A stretch of 32,097 nt of DNA, from IMG/VR virus record IMGVR_UViG_3300030329_001061, positions 1-32,097 of that record. One strand, 5' to 3'. Positions 1-8,035 of this stretch are shown here, piece after piece. Both the position numbers and the translations under genes were made by a program. The notes under the pieces are model-generated. The model saw only the letters and a program-made list of their open reading frames with translations, made no database searches and had not been told where the DNA came from. Each line of letters starts with the position of its first letter. The first letter of the stretch is position 1. This stretch comes from a virus. Its lineage: Duplodnaviria > Caudoviricetes.

Positions 1-98
1 AACGCGCAGCTTGGCGTCAGGTAGAGGCTTGCTAAAAGACAGAGCGGCTTTTGCGGCACGTTTGTATTCAGTCATCTCGACCGCCCATAAAACTTGAT
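1..98. repeat. Terminal direct repeat, left copy (circular assembly overlap)
   Basis: Bases 1-98 (aacgcgcagc...aaaacttgat) are identical to 31998-32095; the next two bases are tg here and gg at the right end. Confidence 0.97.
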
Positions 99-611
99 TG
101 CCTCGTTGCCCCAAGGCGAAAACAGATACCAGCAGCAATTATCTTTGCCGGTGTGCGGCGTGCCCGGTATCCATTTGAGCCGACCGACTGTTACGATCTT
201 CCGACAATGAGTGAGATACGGCACAGCCTGTTTGGTGTGCGCCCAATCAGCATCGAGTAACAACCAGGACACGCGCTCCAACGTCATCAAATGCGAGATG
301 ATGCTATGCAGCGCCGGTCGCGACCACGGTGGATTGGTGATAAATTGATCGCAGTCCATGACACATAACTGCTCAGCAGGCATGTCCACTATGACTCCGC
401 TATGATCGCTATGATTCGCTATGTCACTGGCACCAACACATCGATGCCCGTACTTTTCCAAGTGGCCAATCAGATGGCCATTGCCAGCACACGGCTCATA
501 AAACCGTGTCCCGACCGTCAAATGATCGAGCAATGGCAGCACACCAGCTTCCGGCGTCGGGTAGTAATCCTGAGCCTTGCGCTCAAACACGCCTGTACTG
601 CGCTTACCCAT
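72..611 (-). CDS. Phage DNA methyltransferase-like protein (amino-MTase, N6A/N4C type)
   Basis: DYYPTP N-terminal motif, SAM-binding EPCAGNG and catalytic-type TNPPW. Start chosen at MGKRS (ATG 611), which overlaps the stop of the upstream gene; the ORF track extends to 689. Confidence 0.8.
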   Translation of the reverse strand: MGKRSTGVFERKAQDYYPTPEAGVLPLLDHLTVGTRFYEPCAGNGHLIGHLEKYGHRCVGASDIANHSDHSGVIVDMPAEQLCVMDCDQFITNPPWSRPALHSIISHLMTLERVSWLLLDADWAHTKQAVPYLTHCRKIVTVGRLKWIPGTPHTGKDNCCWYLFSPWGNEAIKFYGRSR

Positions 612-807
612 GCCAGACCCTATATTCATCTTCTGCCCTGCGTGCGCATTTGGGGCAGGCATCGATGCCGCCGATGGTCTGGATTTCATCGACCTCCATG
701 TCCAAGATCAATGTCTTGTCGAAGTTGTAGAACGTGCGCATCACCGTGACCTCGATGTCACGCAATGGCCGGTAAAGTGTGCGCTGACCAAAACACTCAT
801 CACACAT
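604..807 (-). CDS. Small CxxC...CxxC zinc-binding hypothetical protein
   Basis: CDEC and CPKC pairs; overlaps its neighbours in the tightly packed minus-strand operon. Confidence 0.6.
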   Translation of the reverse strand: MCDECFGQRTLYRPLRDIEVTVMRTFYNFDKTLILDMEVDEIQTIGGIDACPKCARRAEDEYRVWHG

Positions 808-1027
808 TATCGCGCTTCCTGATCACCAGCTCGTAGCCCATCGCGTGCAACACGCTTTGCATATTCGATACGCTGGGGGAGTGACGCTTAAACCAGCCGT
901 GTATTGTGCCGTAAGATACGCCAGAGTCGTCGGCCAGATCTGGGATGTTAACACGATCCTTTCGGATGATATTCGCCAAGCCCTTGACGACGGTGCAGCA
1001 GCCGTCATGCACAAAGAATGACCGCAT
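800..1027 (-). CDS. Small helix-turn-helix DNA-binding protein
   Basis: LADDSGVSYGTIHGWF...PSVSNMQSVLHAMGYEL Xre-like HTH pattern; TGATG coupling with the upstream gene at 1025-1029. Confidence 0.7.
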   Translation of the reverse strand: MRSFFVHDGCCTVVKGLANIIRKDRVNIPDLADDSGVSYGTIHGWFKRHSPSVSNMQSVLHAMGYELVIRKRDNV

Positions 1028-1401
1028 CACTGCCACCATCCTTTATCGAGAATCTCACTGACCTCATCGACGCCGTGAACAATAAAGACATGACAACCAA
1101 TCGACTTCAGATATTTGTGGACGCGAGCTTGCGCGTTGGTGACCCGGCCTTTCGGCCGCTTGACCTCAAGAAAAATGGGTGCCCAGTTATCGGCCTGCTT
1201 CCAGTAATAGCGGGGAACAAGGATTTCGAGATCAGGCCAGCCGGGACGCATGCCCATTTTCTTTTGCTTTGTGCGATATTGGACGCGGTGATTGCCCTCG
1301 TTGGGGCTGTGATGCACTAAACAACCCTCTGGCAAGCGCAGCTCTAGCAGTTCGACAATCGCGCAATGAATCTGATATTCAGTCGCGCGGGGCAAATTCA
1401 T
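1027..1401 (-). CDS. VRR-NUC / PD-(D/E)xK endonuclease (resolvase-like)
   Basis: E..I...I, HSPNEG, GMRPGWPDL, FLEVKRPKGR..Q motifs typical of phage VRR-NUC proteins. Confidence 0.85.
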   Translation of the reverse strand: MNLPRATEYQIHCAIVELLELRLPEGCLVHHSPNEGNHRVQYRTKQKKMGMRPGWPDLEILVPRYYWKQADNWAPIFLEVKRPKGRVTNAQARVHKYLKSIGCHVFIVHGVDEVSEILDKGWWQ

Positions 1402-1585
1402 CTAGAATCCCCTCTGCGCTCAGTGCGCCATGCGATGCGGTGATCATGCGCCGTACCACTTGCAGCGATGGCGTTTTACGCCCGCTTGCCAGCAGAGATA
1501 CGTAGGCGCGTGTGACGCGGAGCTGCTTGGCAATGCTCTCATGCGTTTGCCCGCTGTGTTCGACCCAATGTGAAAAAGTAACCAT
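1379..1585 (-). CDS. Cro-like HTH regulator
   Basis: 68-aa Xre HTH (IAKQLRVTRAYVSLLASGRKTPS); first gene of the leftward operon, divergent from the repressor operon. Confidence 0.8.
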   Translation of the reverse strand: MVTFSHWVEHSGQTHESIAKQLRVTRAYVSLLASGRKTPSLQVVRRMITASHGALSAEGILDEFAPRD

Positions 1586-1592
1586 GACACGC

Positions 1593-1621
1593 TTTTAACG
1601 TCACCGTGAGTTACGTGTCAA
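1593..1621 (-). promoter_or_regulatory. Sigma70-like promoter for the cro operon
   Basis: Minus strand reads TTGACA-17 nt-TTAAAA, ending 7 nt before the cro ATG; no SD sequence, so the mRNA is probably leaderless. Confidence 0.55.
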
Positions 1622-1732
1622 TGAATCAGTTTCGGAAATATCACCTGTGAGTAACTAACTGTTGCTCATTGTAACCATGTGTGCATATTGTAGTGTAAGT
1701 ATTAACAAACAAGTCACAGCGAGGATAAATAA

Positions 1733-2521
1733 ATGACTCACACCGAACAAAAATCTACAGCGTCGCCGCCCAACAACGTGATTGATTTCCTTGATAAGCG
1801 TGGGAGCATCGATAGCCTCACGCTTAATCGGTTGGAAACAAGCGTCAATGATCCGCTGACTGACCCAGCGGTGCACAAGATGATGCGTGCATTTCATGCC
1901 AGCGGTTACTCACGTAGCCTGCTTATCAATAGTAAGCCTGACAATGCAGTTGCTGTTGTCTCATACGCAGAGCAATTTCTGACTCAAGAAGCTTTGATTA
2001 AATTCGGCGGGAGATCACCGTTTCGCGGCTTTAAAATGCGAATTAACGGCATCAATGCTGATCGAGTTTGGCGTCATCGGTTGATCCACGATGAGTTTGT
2101 GCGCCGCATTTGGAACATCACGGCATGCGCGTGGTGGCATAATCAACCCGTTAGTAAAGGGTTTATTCAGATGCTCATTGGTAACAATGACAATCGCTAT
2201 CGTATAAAAGTGCAGAACGCCGTAAGCTTTCTCCACCGATATAATTTTTTACACCGCACTGATGAACACATGACGCAGCCCGTCAAACCACTGGGAGTAA
2301 AATTTACAAACGTCGAAAACTGTGTGCTTTGGGCAACGCGCAGATCGGTGTACCACGACATGGAGTGCGCGATGTTTGCTGTGCAAGCGATGCAGGGGAT
2401 GGTTCAAAATCACCTGCATACGATGGTGCATTGGTCAAACCAGAGCTGGCCAAATGAAGAAAAAAACATGGATGGAGTATATGAATATGAAGGGGAGACG
2501 TTATGTCTGGAGAACGTCTGA
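1733..2521 (+). CDS. Hypothetical protein upstream of and coupled to the repressor
   Basis: 262-aa ORF with GAGG RBS; overlaps the repressor start; no family recognised. Confidence 0.75.
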   Translation: MTHTEQKSTASPPNNVIDFLDKRGSIDSLTLNRLETSVNDPLTDPAVHKMMRAFHASGYSRSLLINSKPDNAVAVVSYAEQFLTQEALIKFGGRSPFRGFKMRINGINADRVWRHRLIHDEFVRRIWNITACAWWHNQPVSKGFIQMLIGNNDNRYRIKVQNAVSFLHRYNFLHRTDEHMTQPVKPLGVKFTNVENCVLWATRRSVYHDMECAMFAVQAMQGMVQNHLHTMVHWSNQSWPNEEKNMDGVYEYEGETLCLENV

Positions 2522-2850
2522 GAAAACTAAGAAAACAGGCAGGTGTTAGTGTGATTGAGATTTCAGATCACCTGGAAATGACCGCACCCGCATATCGACG
2601 ATATGAACGTAACGAGGTTGATCCCAAGATCAGCCAATGTCAGCAGATTTGCACGTTTCTTGGGTGCCGAATCCAAGACATCTGGGGTGCGGAAGACGTG
2701 CCCGAAAACGTCAACGTAAGCTACACCGCGAAACCAGGGCAGACCGTTTACGTGAAGGTCGACTTTCAAGACGAGGCCCAGGCATATGAGCCGAGTACGA
2801 AAGTGCAAGGCGAATCAAAACGCAACAAAAAAGTCGTCAATGGCGAATAG
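2503..2850 (+). CDS. CI-like Xre HTH repressor (no S24 peptidase domain)
   Basis: GERLRKLRKQAG...YRRYERNEVDP...ICTFLGC Xre HTH; GGAG RBS; followed by a terminator. Confidence 0.8.
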   Translation: MSGERLRKLRKQAGVSVIEISDHLEMTAPAYRRYERNEVDPKISQCQQICTFLGCRIQDIWGAEDVPENVNVSYTAKPGQTVYVKVDFQDEAQAYEPSTKVQGESKRNKKVVNGE

Positions 2851-2871
2851 AATATAACAATCAGAGCACAT

Positions 2872-2905
2872 AAAAGCCCCGCAAAAGCGGGGTTTTCTTT
2901 TTTTT
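2872..2905 (+). terminator. Rho-independent terminator after the repressor
   Basis: aaaagccccgc-aaaa-gcggggtttt hairpin followed by a long T run. Confidence 0.9.
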
Positions 2906-2963
2906 ATTGATCTCCTGTTACATTATCGTTATTGACAGTTACGATATTGGACAGGATTGATCG

Positions 2964-3869
2964 ATGGAAGACTTCAACGATTTGCCCGCATGGTGCAAGA
3001 CTTTTAACTTTTGGAATCACTCGCCCACCGGCAAAAACCGCCCGGATCACTTAGAGTTTTTTGAAAAAGCCGTCGCGCGGCCTGCCAAGATTTTTAGCCC
3101 ACCAACCGCGCCAATGGTTGGCGGCACTGAAGCCGAATCGCACGCCAAACTTGTGGTAATTGATGGCGTTGATCCGACTGAAAGCTTCCGACATTCGTTG
3201 TCAATTCTGCAAGATCACGAACCCGCCGATGAGCAAGACGCAGAAAAGCTGCGCATTATGCTTGATGAAGAATATGCCAGCGATGTGATTGAAGGCCGCA
3301 CAGGCACTGTGTTTGAGCTGACCCTTGAGCATATGGTGCTGGGGTTGCGCGAGGCTACGCAGGGCGAAAACAAGGTCGAAGATGGCCCTTGGTGCTCGCT
3401 GAATTTGCCAGGGCTTGTGCTTAACATCGACGGGCAGATCGACGTGCAGACGCGCGGCGTGGTCGAGTTAAAAAGCCAGTGGCCGTATGTGAAGGCGAAC
3501 AGCAAGCGCGGTTGGACAGTTAATAGTTTGCCCGCACGGCCCAAGCCAGAGCACGTTTCTCAGGTCGCACCCTACTGGGCATGGATGTCTCAGCAGAGCG
3601 CCAATGTGCCGGTCACACTTCTTTATGCAAACTGCAAAGGCTATCGCGTGTTCAGCTCTCAAGATTGTGATGAGCTTTCGCCAGCGCGTCTAAGCGATGA
3701 GATGGACCGCCATGCAATCGTCTGTAAGACGCGCGAGAACCTGATGAGCAAGTGCGCGTCCGTTGCGGAGCTGATGAGCCTGACTGCACCCGACTTCAGC
3801 CATTGGATGTGGAAAAGCAAAAGCCCCGAATATCGGGCGCTGGCAGAAAAAACATGGTCGAGCCTGTGA
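2964..3869 (+). CDS. PD-(D/E)xK exonuclease-like recombination protein
   Basis: GQIDV...VVELKS...QVAPYW motifs; lies upstream of an ERF annealase. Confidence 0.7.
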   Translation: MEDFNDLPAWCKTFNFWNHSPTGKNRPDHLEFFEKAVARPAKIFSPPTAPMVGGTEAESHAKLVVIDGVDPTESFRHSLSILQDHEPADEQDAEKLRIMLDEEYASDVIEGRTGTVFELTLEHMVLGLREATQGENKVEDGPWCSLNLPGLVLNIDGQIDVQTRGVVELKSQWPYVKANSKRGWTVNSLPARPKPEHVSQVAPYWAWMSQQSANVPVTLLYANCKGYRVFSSQDCDELSPARLSDEMDRHAIVCKTRENLMSKCASVAELMSLTAPDFSHWMWKSKSPEYRALAEKTWSSL

Positions 3870-4285
3870 GAAGGTTCTTGGAGATATGCGGCGGCAGCAT
3901 TTGTGTCGCCGCATTTTTTGTCGTCATCACCGGCACGCTGGTGGTAATCGACGCAGGGATGAGGAGCGAGGAAATGCAGATGTCTATAAATTTTAATTAC
4001 CCAGACAACCCTGGCTATAAAGGCCAGCTTACCAGCAAGTCGGCTGCGGAGACCAAGAAAAGCACCAAGGTGCTTGATCAGCAGCGTGTCGTTGAGGCGC
4101 TGCGTGCGTCCGATGGCGGGCTGACCGCCGATGAGGTTGCCGCTGTGCATGGTGAGGTTTTCTTAAAATACCGGCCACGCTTTAGCGAGCTGCGCAAGCT
4201 GGGCAAGATTCAAGACACGGGCGAGCGCCGACCAAGTGCGTTGGGCAATGCGCAGATCGTGTGGAGACTGACCAATGGCGAATAG
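3854..4285 (+). CDS. Winged-helix DNA-binding protein with an in-frame N-terminal hydrophobic extension (internal start likely at 3974/3980)
   Basis: YPDNPGYK..TSKSAA..GLTADEVA..RPRFSEL..G.I.DTGERR..G..VW, a common phage wHTH pattern; GAGG RBS precedes ATG 3974. Confidence 0.65.
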   Translation: MVEPVRRFLEICGGSICVAAFFVVITGTLVVIDAGMRSEEMQMSINFNYPDNPGYKGQLTSKSAAETKKSTKVLDQQRVVEALRASDGGLTADEVAAVHGEVFLKYRPRFSELRKLGKIQDTGERRPSALGNAQIVWRLTNGE

Positions 4286-4985
4286 TTTTAACAGTGACCT
4301 TGTGTCTGCGTTGGCGGCAATACAGAACCCGCCGTTGGATGGCAAAGCGGCATATGGTGAATACTCTACAATTCGCGCCTGCCTAGAAGCTGCAAAGCCG
4401 GTCTTGTCAACTTACAACCTTGCAGTCACGCAGCTTGTCCACACAAATCCAGACCGATTGGTAACGCGCATTACGCATATCAGCGGCGAGTTTATCGAAG
4501 ACGGTGGGATTCCGCTTTACTGTGACAATCAGACCAATCCGCAAAAACTGATGGCGGCGATTACATATGCAAAACGCAATGGCATGTGCGCCATTTTAGG
4601 AATTGCTGGTGAAAAGGATGATGATGGTCAGAGCGCCACGCCGCCTGATCAGTTACCAAAAGCAAAAAGGCCGAAGCCCGCATCGCCTCTAAAACCAGCA
4701 CAGCCGGTCGTTGTTGATGACATTAAAAGCACGCTGGAAATCACGCCAGAGCAAGTGGCTAATCGTTACGAAGCTGCGCAGGCACCAATAGAGGAAAAGT
4801 GGGCTAATACGGCCATTGCCGGTTTCGCCAAGCACAAACACATGGGCGAGCACAATCGCTGGTCGAGCGAGAACAAGTCGTCACTGGACACAATCAAAAC
4901 GACTTACCCCGAAATTTATCAACGCCTTTTAACCGCGTGGAAAGCACGCAAGTCTGAGCTGGAAGGAAAAGCCGATGTCATATGA
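4275..4985 (+). CDS. erf: ERF-family single-strand annealing protein
   Basis: TRITHISGEFIE...PQKLMAAITYAKR..MCAILGIAGEKDDDG is the ERF signature. Confidence 0.88.
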   Translation: MANSFNSDLVSALAAIQNPPLDGKAAYGEYSTIRACLEAAKPVLSTYNLAVTQLVHTNPDRLVTRITHISGEFIEDGGIPLYCDNQTNPQKLMAAITYAKRNGMCAILGIAGEKDDDGQSATPPDQLPKAKRPKPASPLKPAQPVVVDDIKSTLEITPEQVANRYEAAQAPIEEKWANTAIAGFAKHKHMGEHNRWSSENKSSLDTIKTTYPEIYQRLLTAWKARKSELEGKADVI

Positions 4986-5229
4986 GAATATTCTAAAAGC
5001 TAACGTGTTTAAAAATGCGGAGCGGTTTGCAGATGGTCAACCGTTGGCCGGTGGCAAGCCAAATTTTAGCAATAATAAAATCACGCTGCACACTGCGATT
5101 GCACCGGGCGAATACAGCTTGGGCGTTTGGCAATATGCCGACACAGGCAACCTTTCGTTTTCGCTGACAACCAAGCCAGAACAAAGTGCGCAGCCAGCAA
5201 TGGGGGACAGTGACGATGATTTCAGCTAA
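4975..5229 (+). CDS. Small SSB-like protein
   Basis: Beta-rich core and acidic tail ending DSDDDFS; directly follows ERF. Confidence 0.55.
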   Translation: MSYENILKANVFKNAERFADGQPLAGGKPNFSNNKITLHTAIAPGEYSLGVWQYADTGNLSFSLTTKPEQSAQPAMGDSDDDFS

Positions 5230-5422
5230 TGACAGCGGGAGCATCCTCACCGTGCAGCAAGTCTGCACACGGCTGTGGGGCGTCGATCACACTGAAACAG
5301 ATCGCAACCGGCTTTATCGAATGATCAAAACTGGCCGAGTGCCGTCGGTTGTCATGGGGAGCCGTAAGTTTGTTCCGTTGTGGGCCGTTGAGAAAATAGA
5401 GCGCGGCGAGCTTGATGAGTAG
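5216..5422 (+). CDS. Excisionase-like HTH (MerR/Xis type)
   Basis: ILTVQQV...LYRMIKTGRVPSVVMGSRKFVP pattern; close to the integrase; GGGGA RBS. Confidence 0.7.
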   Translation: MISANDSGSILTVQQVCTRLWGVDHTETDRNRLYRMIKTGRVPSVVMGSRKFVPLWAVEKIERGELDE

Positions 5423-5690
5423 TCCAGCAGACGCGCTGCGCCGCACGGCGGCTATCATTGACCAACGCGCAGAGACTCACGGGGATTTTCGCGAAGTCTT
5501 TGAGATGACTGCCGCGCTATGGAGCGCGTACCTATCGATGCCGGTTTCACCGGCTCAAGTCTGCGCGTTAAACCAAATGCAAAAACTGGCGCGTGATCAA
5601 TGTGCGCCAGAGCTGAATGATGATAACGATCTCGACAATGTTGGCTATGCGGCAATCAAAGCCGCGCTTGGTGACAAAAAGGGGGGCTAA
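5412..5690 (+). CDS. DUF6378-like phage protein
   Basis: R.ETHGD....F...A.LWSAYL...QV.......KLAR.......D...D..GYAA pattern. Confidence 0.8.
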   Translation: MMSSPADALRRTAAIIDQRAETHGDFREVFEMTAALWSAYLSMPVSPAQVCALNQMQKLARDQCAPELNDDNDLDNVGYAAIKAALGDKKGG

Positions 5691-5700
5691 ATGCCCCCCT
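5676..5700 (-). terminator. Hairpin terminator between the convergent early and integrase transcripts
   Basis: aggggggc-taaat-gcccccct 8-bp stem; the A run at 5676-5680 gives a U tail on the minus strand. Confidence 0.7.
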
Positions 5701-5742
5701 CATTTGGCGGGTCAATACGCCGGTAGCCTTTGAGCCAGAAAA

Positions 5743-5946
5743 TTATTCGCTTCCACATTTCTTTTTTCTTTCCCGGCATGTTCCCCAGGCTTTGGGTGGA
5801 ATTGGATTGTCAGCCAAAAACTGACGGCACAAGGCGCGCAGGCTGGGCGTGCTCGACCGACTGATCAGGTGCATGTTGGCCTCGCGTGTCAGCCGGTACA
5901 GCACAAGCTCTGGCAGCTTGGTGCGGCTAATAGTGAAAGCGTTCAT
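5743..5946 (-). CDS. Small basic hypothetical protein coupled to the integrase
   Basis: ATGA overlap with the int stop codon (5943-5946); ends just before the terminator. Confidence 0.5.
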   Translation of the reverse strand: MNAFTISRTKLPELVLYRLTREANMHLISRSSTPSLRALCRQFLADNPIPPKAWGTCRERKKKCGSE

Positions 5947-7187
5947 GGCGCACCCCACAGGGCGGCGTTGATCTTCTCAGCATCTTTGGCATCGCGCTCT
6001 GGGTCATCAATCCAATGCCCGTAAATCTTGCGCGTGGTTTCGACCGACTCATGACCTAATAGATCGCTAATGCGAACCAAATCGTTACCCATGACTGCCA
6101 AACATACGCTTGCAAAAACGTGGCGCAGATCGTGCCATCGAAGTCTAACCAGCCCATCAATTTGGTCGCACAGCGGGTGCAGAACGCGCTTACGCCAGTT
6201 ATCACTTGTCTGCTGTGCCGTACCCAGCCGCGTCGGGAAAACATAGTCATCGTCGCCCGACCAATTTGACCGCAGCCGCCACTCCCGCAGACGGTTTAAC
6301 AAATCGCTTGTGATGGGAACCAGACGGCGTGCTTTTGACAAAGTGCCTTGCTTTGTATTTTTAGGGATGTCTGCGGCCACAGACCCACTACGCACACGCC
6401 GCATCGCTAGTCGCACGTTTACAACCTTGCGGTCAAAGTCAATGTGCCGCCATCGCAGCGCGGCCTGCTCACCAAACCTCACACCTGTCTGCGCTGCAAA
6501 CGCAACAGCGATGCCATCAGCACCGTCGAGCTTGGATGCCTTCACAATCATTTCGCGAATCAGCTCAAGTTTGATTCGCTCCAAGCCCATATTTTCAGCA
6601 GCCGCCTCGCCCTTGTATTTTCGAGCTGCCAATTTAACCTGACGCGCTGGGTTGGTGTGACTGATCCAACCTTCTTCGTGCGCGAGGTCGAACGCCTGTT
6701 TAAGCGGGTTCAGTTTTTCCTTGAGAGTTTTGACGCTACAATCGAATTGCTTCAGCAGACGCTTGACCATCGCGGTCGTTACATCTGCGCACATGACATC
6801 AGAAAAAACCATGCTGCTGTCGTTGTCTTCAACAACCAAATCTTTCCAACATTCCGCGCTGCCCCGTAGATTTACACGATGCTGATTTGTAATTTCGCCG
6901 CGTGCTTCCCGGTCATCGCACTCAGTCTGGAATTGGGTTAAAGCTGCACCGACGGACTTCGCTTTGTGCCGCATGATGATGCCGCCGGTTTCCTGTGCCT
7001 TGTTCATTTGCATTGCAAACTTGGTGGCCTCAGATTTTGTGGCAAAGTAGTACCGATCCTGGCCGTTACCATCTCCAGCTTTCTTGATTCCGTTTGCCCG
7101 CAGGCTGATATAATAAGCCTTATGGCCTAGCTTGGCTTTGCTGTTGTCGATACCCACGGCTATTTGATGAGGTAATTGTCTATCCAT
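5943..7187 (-). CDS. int: Tyrosine integrase
   Basis: Catalytic residues present: TGVRFGE (R), PKN (K), WHDLRH (HxxR), LLGH (H), IYGH (Y); adjacent to attP. Confidence 0.96.
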   Translation of the reverse strand: MDRQLPHQIAVGIDNSKAKLGHKAYYISLRANGIKKAGDGNGQDRYYFATKSEATKFAMQMNKAQETGGIIMRHKAKSVGAALTQFQTECDDREARGEITNQHRVNLRGSAECWKDLVVEDNDSSMVFSDVMCADVTTAMVKRLLKQFDCSVKTLKEKLNPLKQAFDLAHEEGWISHTNPARQVKLAARKYKGEAAAENMGLERIKLELIREMIVKASKLDGADGIAVAFAAQTGVRFGEQAALRWRHIDFDRKVVNVRLAMRRVRSGSVAADIPKNTKQGTLSKARRLVPITSDLLNRLREWRLRSNWSGDDDYVFPTRLGTAQQTSDNWRKRVLHPLCDQIDGLVRLRWHDLRHVFASVCLAVMGNDLVRISDLLGHESVETTRKIYGHWIDDPERDAKDAEKINAALWGAP

Positions 7188-7318
7188 CGTTATATTTCCC
7201 TTTATATGTTCCTAAGAGTTACGTTATAGAAACTCTTGGTTACAATGTAAAGGGGGAACCTGTCAGGCAAACGCCTGACGGTCACAAAAATCGCTGTCAC
7301 TGGATCTGCGCTGGACAC

Positions 7319-7344
7319 AAAAAAAGCCGCCCATTAGGGCGGCT
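7319..7344 (-). terminator. Terminator downstream of the tRNA 3' end in attP
   Basis: agccgccc-atta-gggcggct stem followed by a T run on the minus strand. Confidence 0.85.
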
Positions 7345-7356
7345 AAGTCATTGATT
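7344..7356 (-). promoter_or_regulatory. IHF binding site
   Basis: Minus strand AATCAATGACTTA matches the consensus WATCAANNNNTTR; 4 nt from the att core. Confidence 0.75.
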
Positions 7357-7360
7357 TTAT

Positions 7361-7409
7361 TGGTTGCGGGGGTAGGATTTGAACCTACGACCTTCAGGTT
7401 ATGAGCCTG
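7361..7409 (-). other. attP core: 3' 49 nt of tRNA-Met(CAT, initiator type); not a full tRNA
   Basis: Minus strand CAGGCTCATAACCTGAAGGTCGTAGGTTCAAATCCTACCCCCGCAACCA has an anticodon arm with CAT, a T arm and a CCA end; D arm and 5' acceptor strand are absent. Confidence 0.92.
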
Positions 7410-7575
7410 TAGCCTGCCCCACAATGATTTGAGATGGTGACAATAAGTGCGGATTTCTGCGGTTTCCCCTTGCATGATCCATGATACATACACCTATTTA
7501 TAACCATTTGCACGAATCCTCTGTCACTGTATTTGCGCTCCAGTGACACGAAAACGGGGTCTCAGTGACAGACGC

Positions 7576-8034
7576 CTATTTCTTGGGACGCATGGCTCTG
7601 TCACCGAACCACCACAGGACCGCCGTGCTACTCATATAAATTACAGATTGAATGATGGTTTCCTGTTGGGCTAGGTCGTCGCTAGATGCGTAGACGTACC
7701 AAACGATGCCCACAAGCATGATCGTCAACGCAGGCCGCATCAGACGCAAAATCGCGGCGACCCACTGATACGGAATCTCCACTTGCGTCATCATGCCGTA
7801 GGACGCGACACGGGCAGCGCCAGCCGATTGTTCTTCTACAATGGCGCGTTCGTTTTCCAATTCGTCGGCTCTCAATTCCGCTTGCAGCCGATGCATTTCC
7901 ATCGTGCGTTCATGTTCGCCTTTGGCTTTCTTTTCTTCGATGAAGACATCAGCGAAGTTGAAGACCTTGCCAAGCACGCTGCCCAAAATGCCCGTAGCGC
8001 CGCCGGTCAAAACCGAAAAGATCATGTCCATCAT
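7576..8034 (-). CDS. Holin-like membrane protein (3TM type)
   Basis: N-terminal hydrophobic helix, LMRPALT + TM, second TM ending WWFGDR and a basic tail; follows the endolysin. Confidence 0.7.
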   Translation of the reverse strand: MMDMIFSVLTGGATGILGSVLGKVFNFADVFIEEKKAKGEHERTMEMHRLQAELRADELENERAIVEEQSAGAARVASYGMMTQVEIPYQWVAAILRLMRPALTIMLVGIVWYVYASSDDLAQQETIIQSVIYMSSTAVLWWFGDRAMRPKK

Positions 8035-8035
8035 G

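Larger units (their letters stand above)
7260..7605. other. attP region with arm-type repeats (CTGTCACTG / CAGTGACA)
   Basis: ctgtcactg at 7294 and 7521, cagtgaca at 7541 and 7563, ctgtcacc at 7598, ggtgaca near 7436; they flank the tRNA-identical core on both sides. Confidence 0.75.

Noticed and set aside
2964-3869. Cas4 / CRISPR-associated nuclease
   Set aside because: PD-(D/E)xK motifs are present, but there is no four-Cys cluster pattern and no array; the ERF/SSB context indicates recombination.
7208-7222. Alphaproteobacterial LexA box upstream of int
   Set aside because: Reads GTTC-N6-GTTA; spacing and sequence do not fit GTTC-N7-GTTC.
7361-7409. Functional phage tRNA-Met gene
   Set aside because: Only the anticodon arm to CCA is present; upstream sequence gives no D arm or acceptor 5' strand. 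Treated as the att core.
7263-7493. 76-aa ORF across attP
   Set aside because: It is a translation of the tRNA fragment and terminator (AHNLKVVGSNPTPAT is a typical tRNA shadow).
8023-8034. Holin/antiholin dual-start motif (MMDM)
   Set aside because: Lacks the basic residue between the starts that defines the lambda S-type motif.
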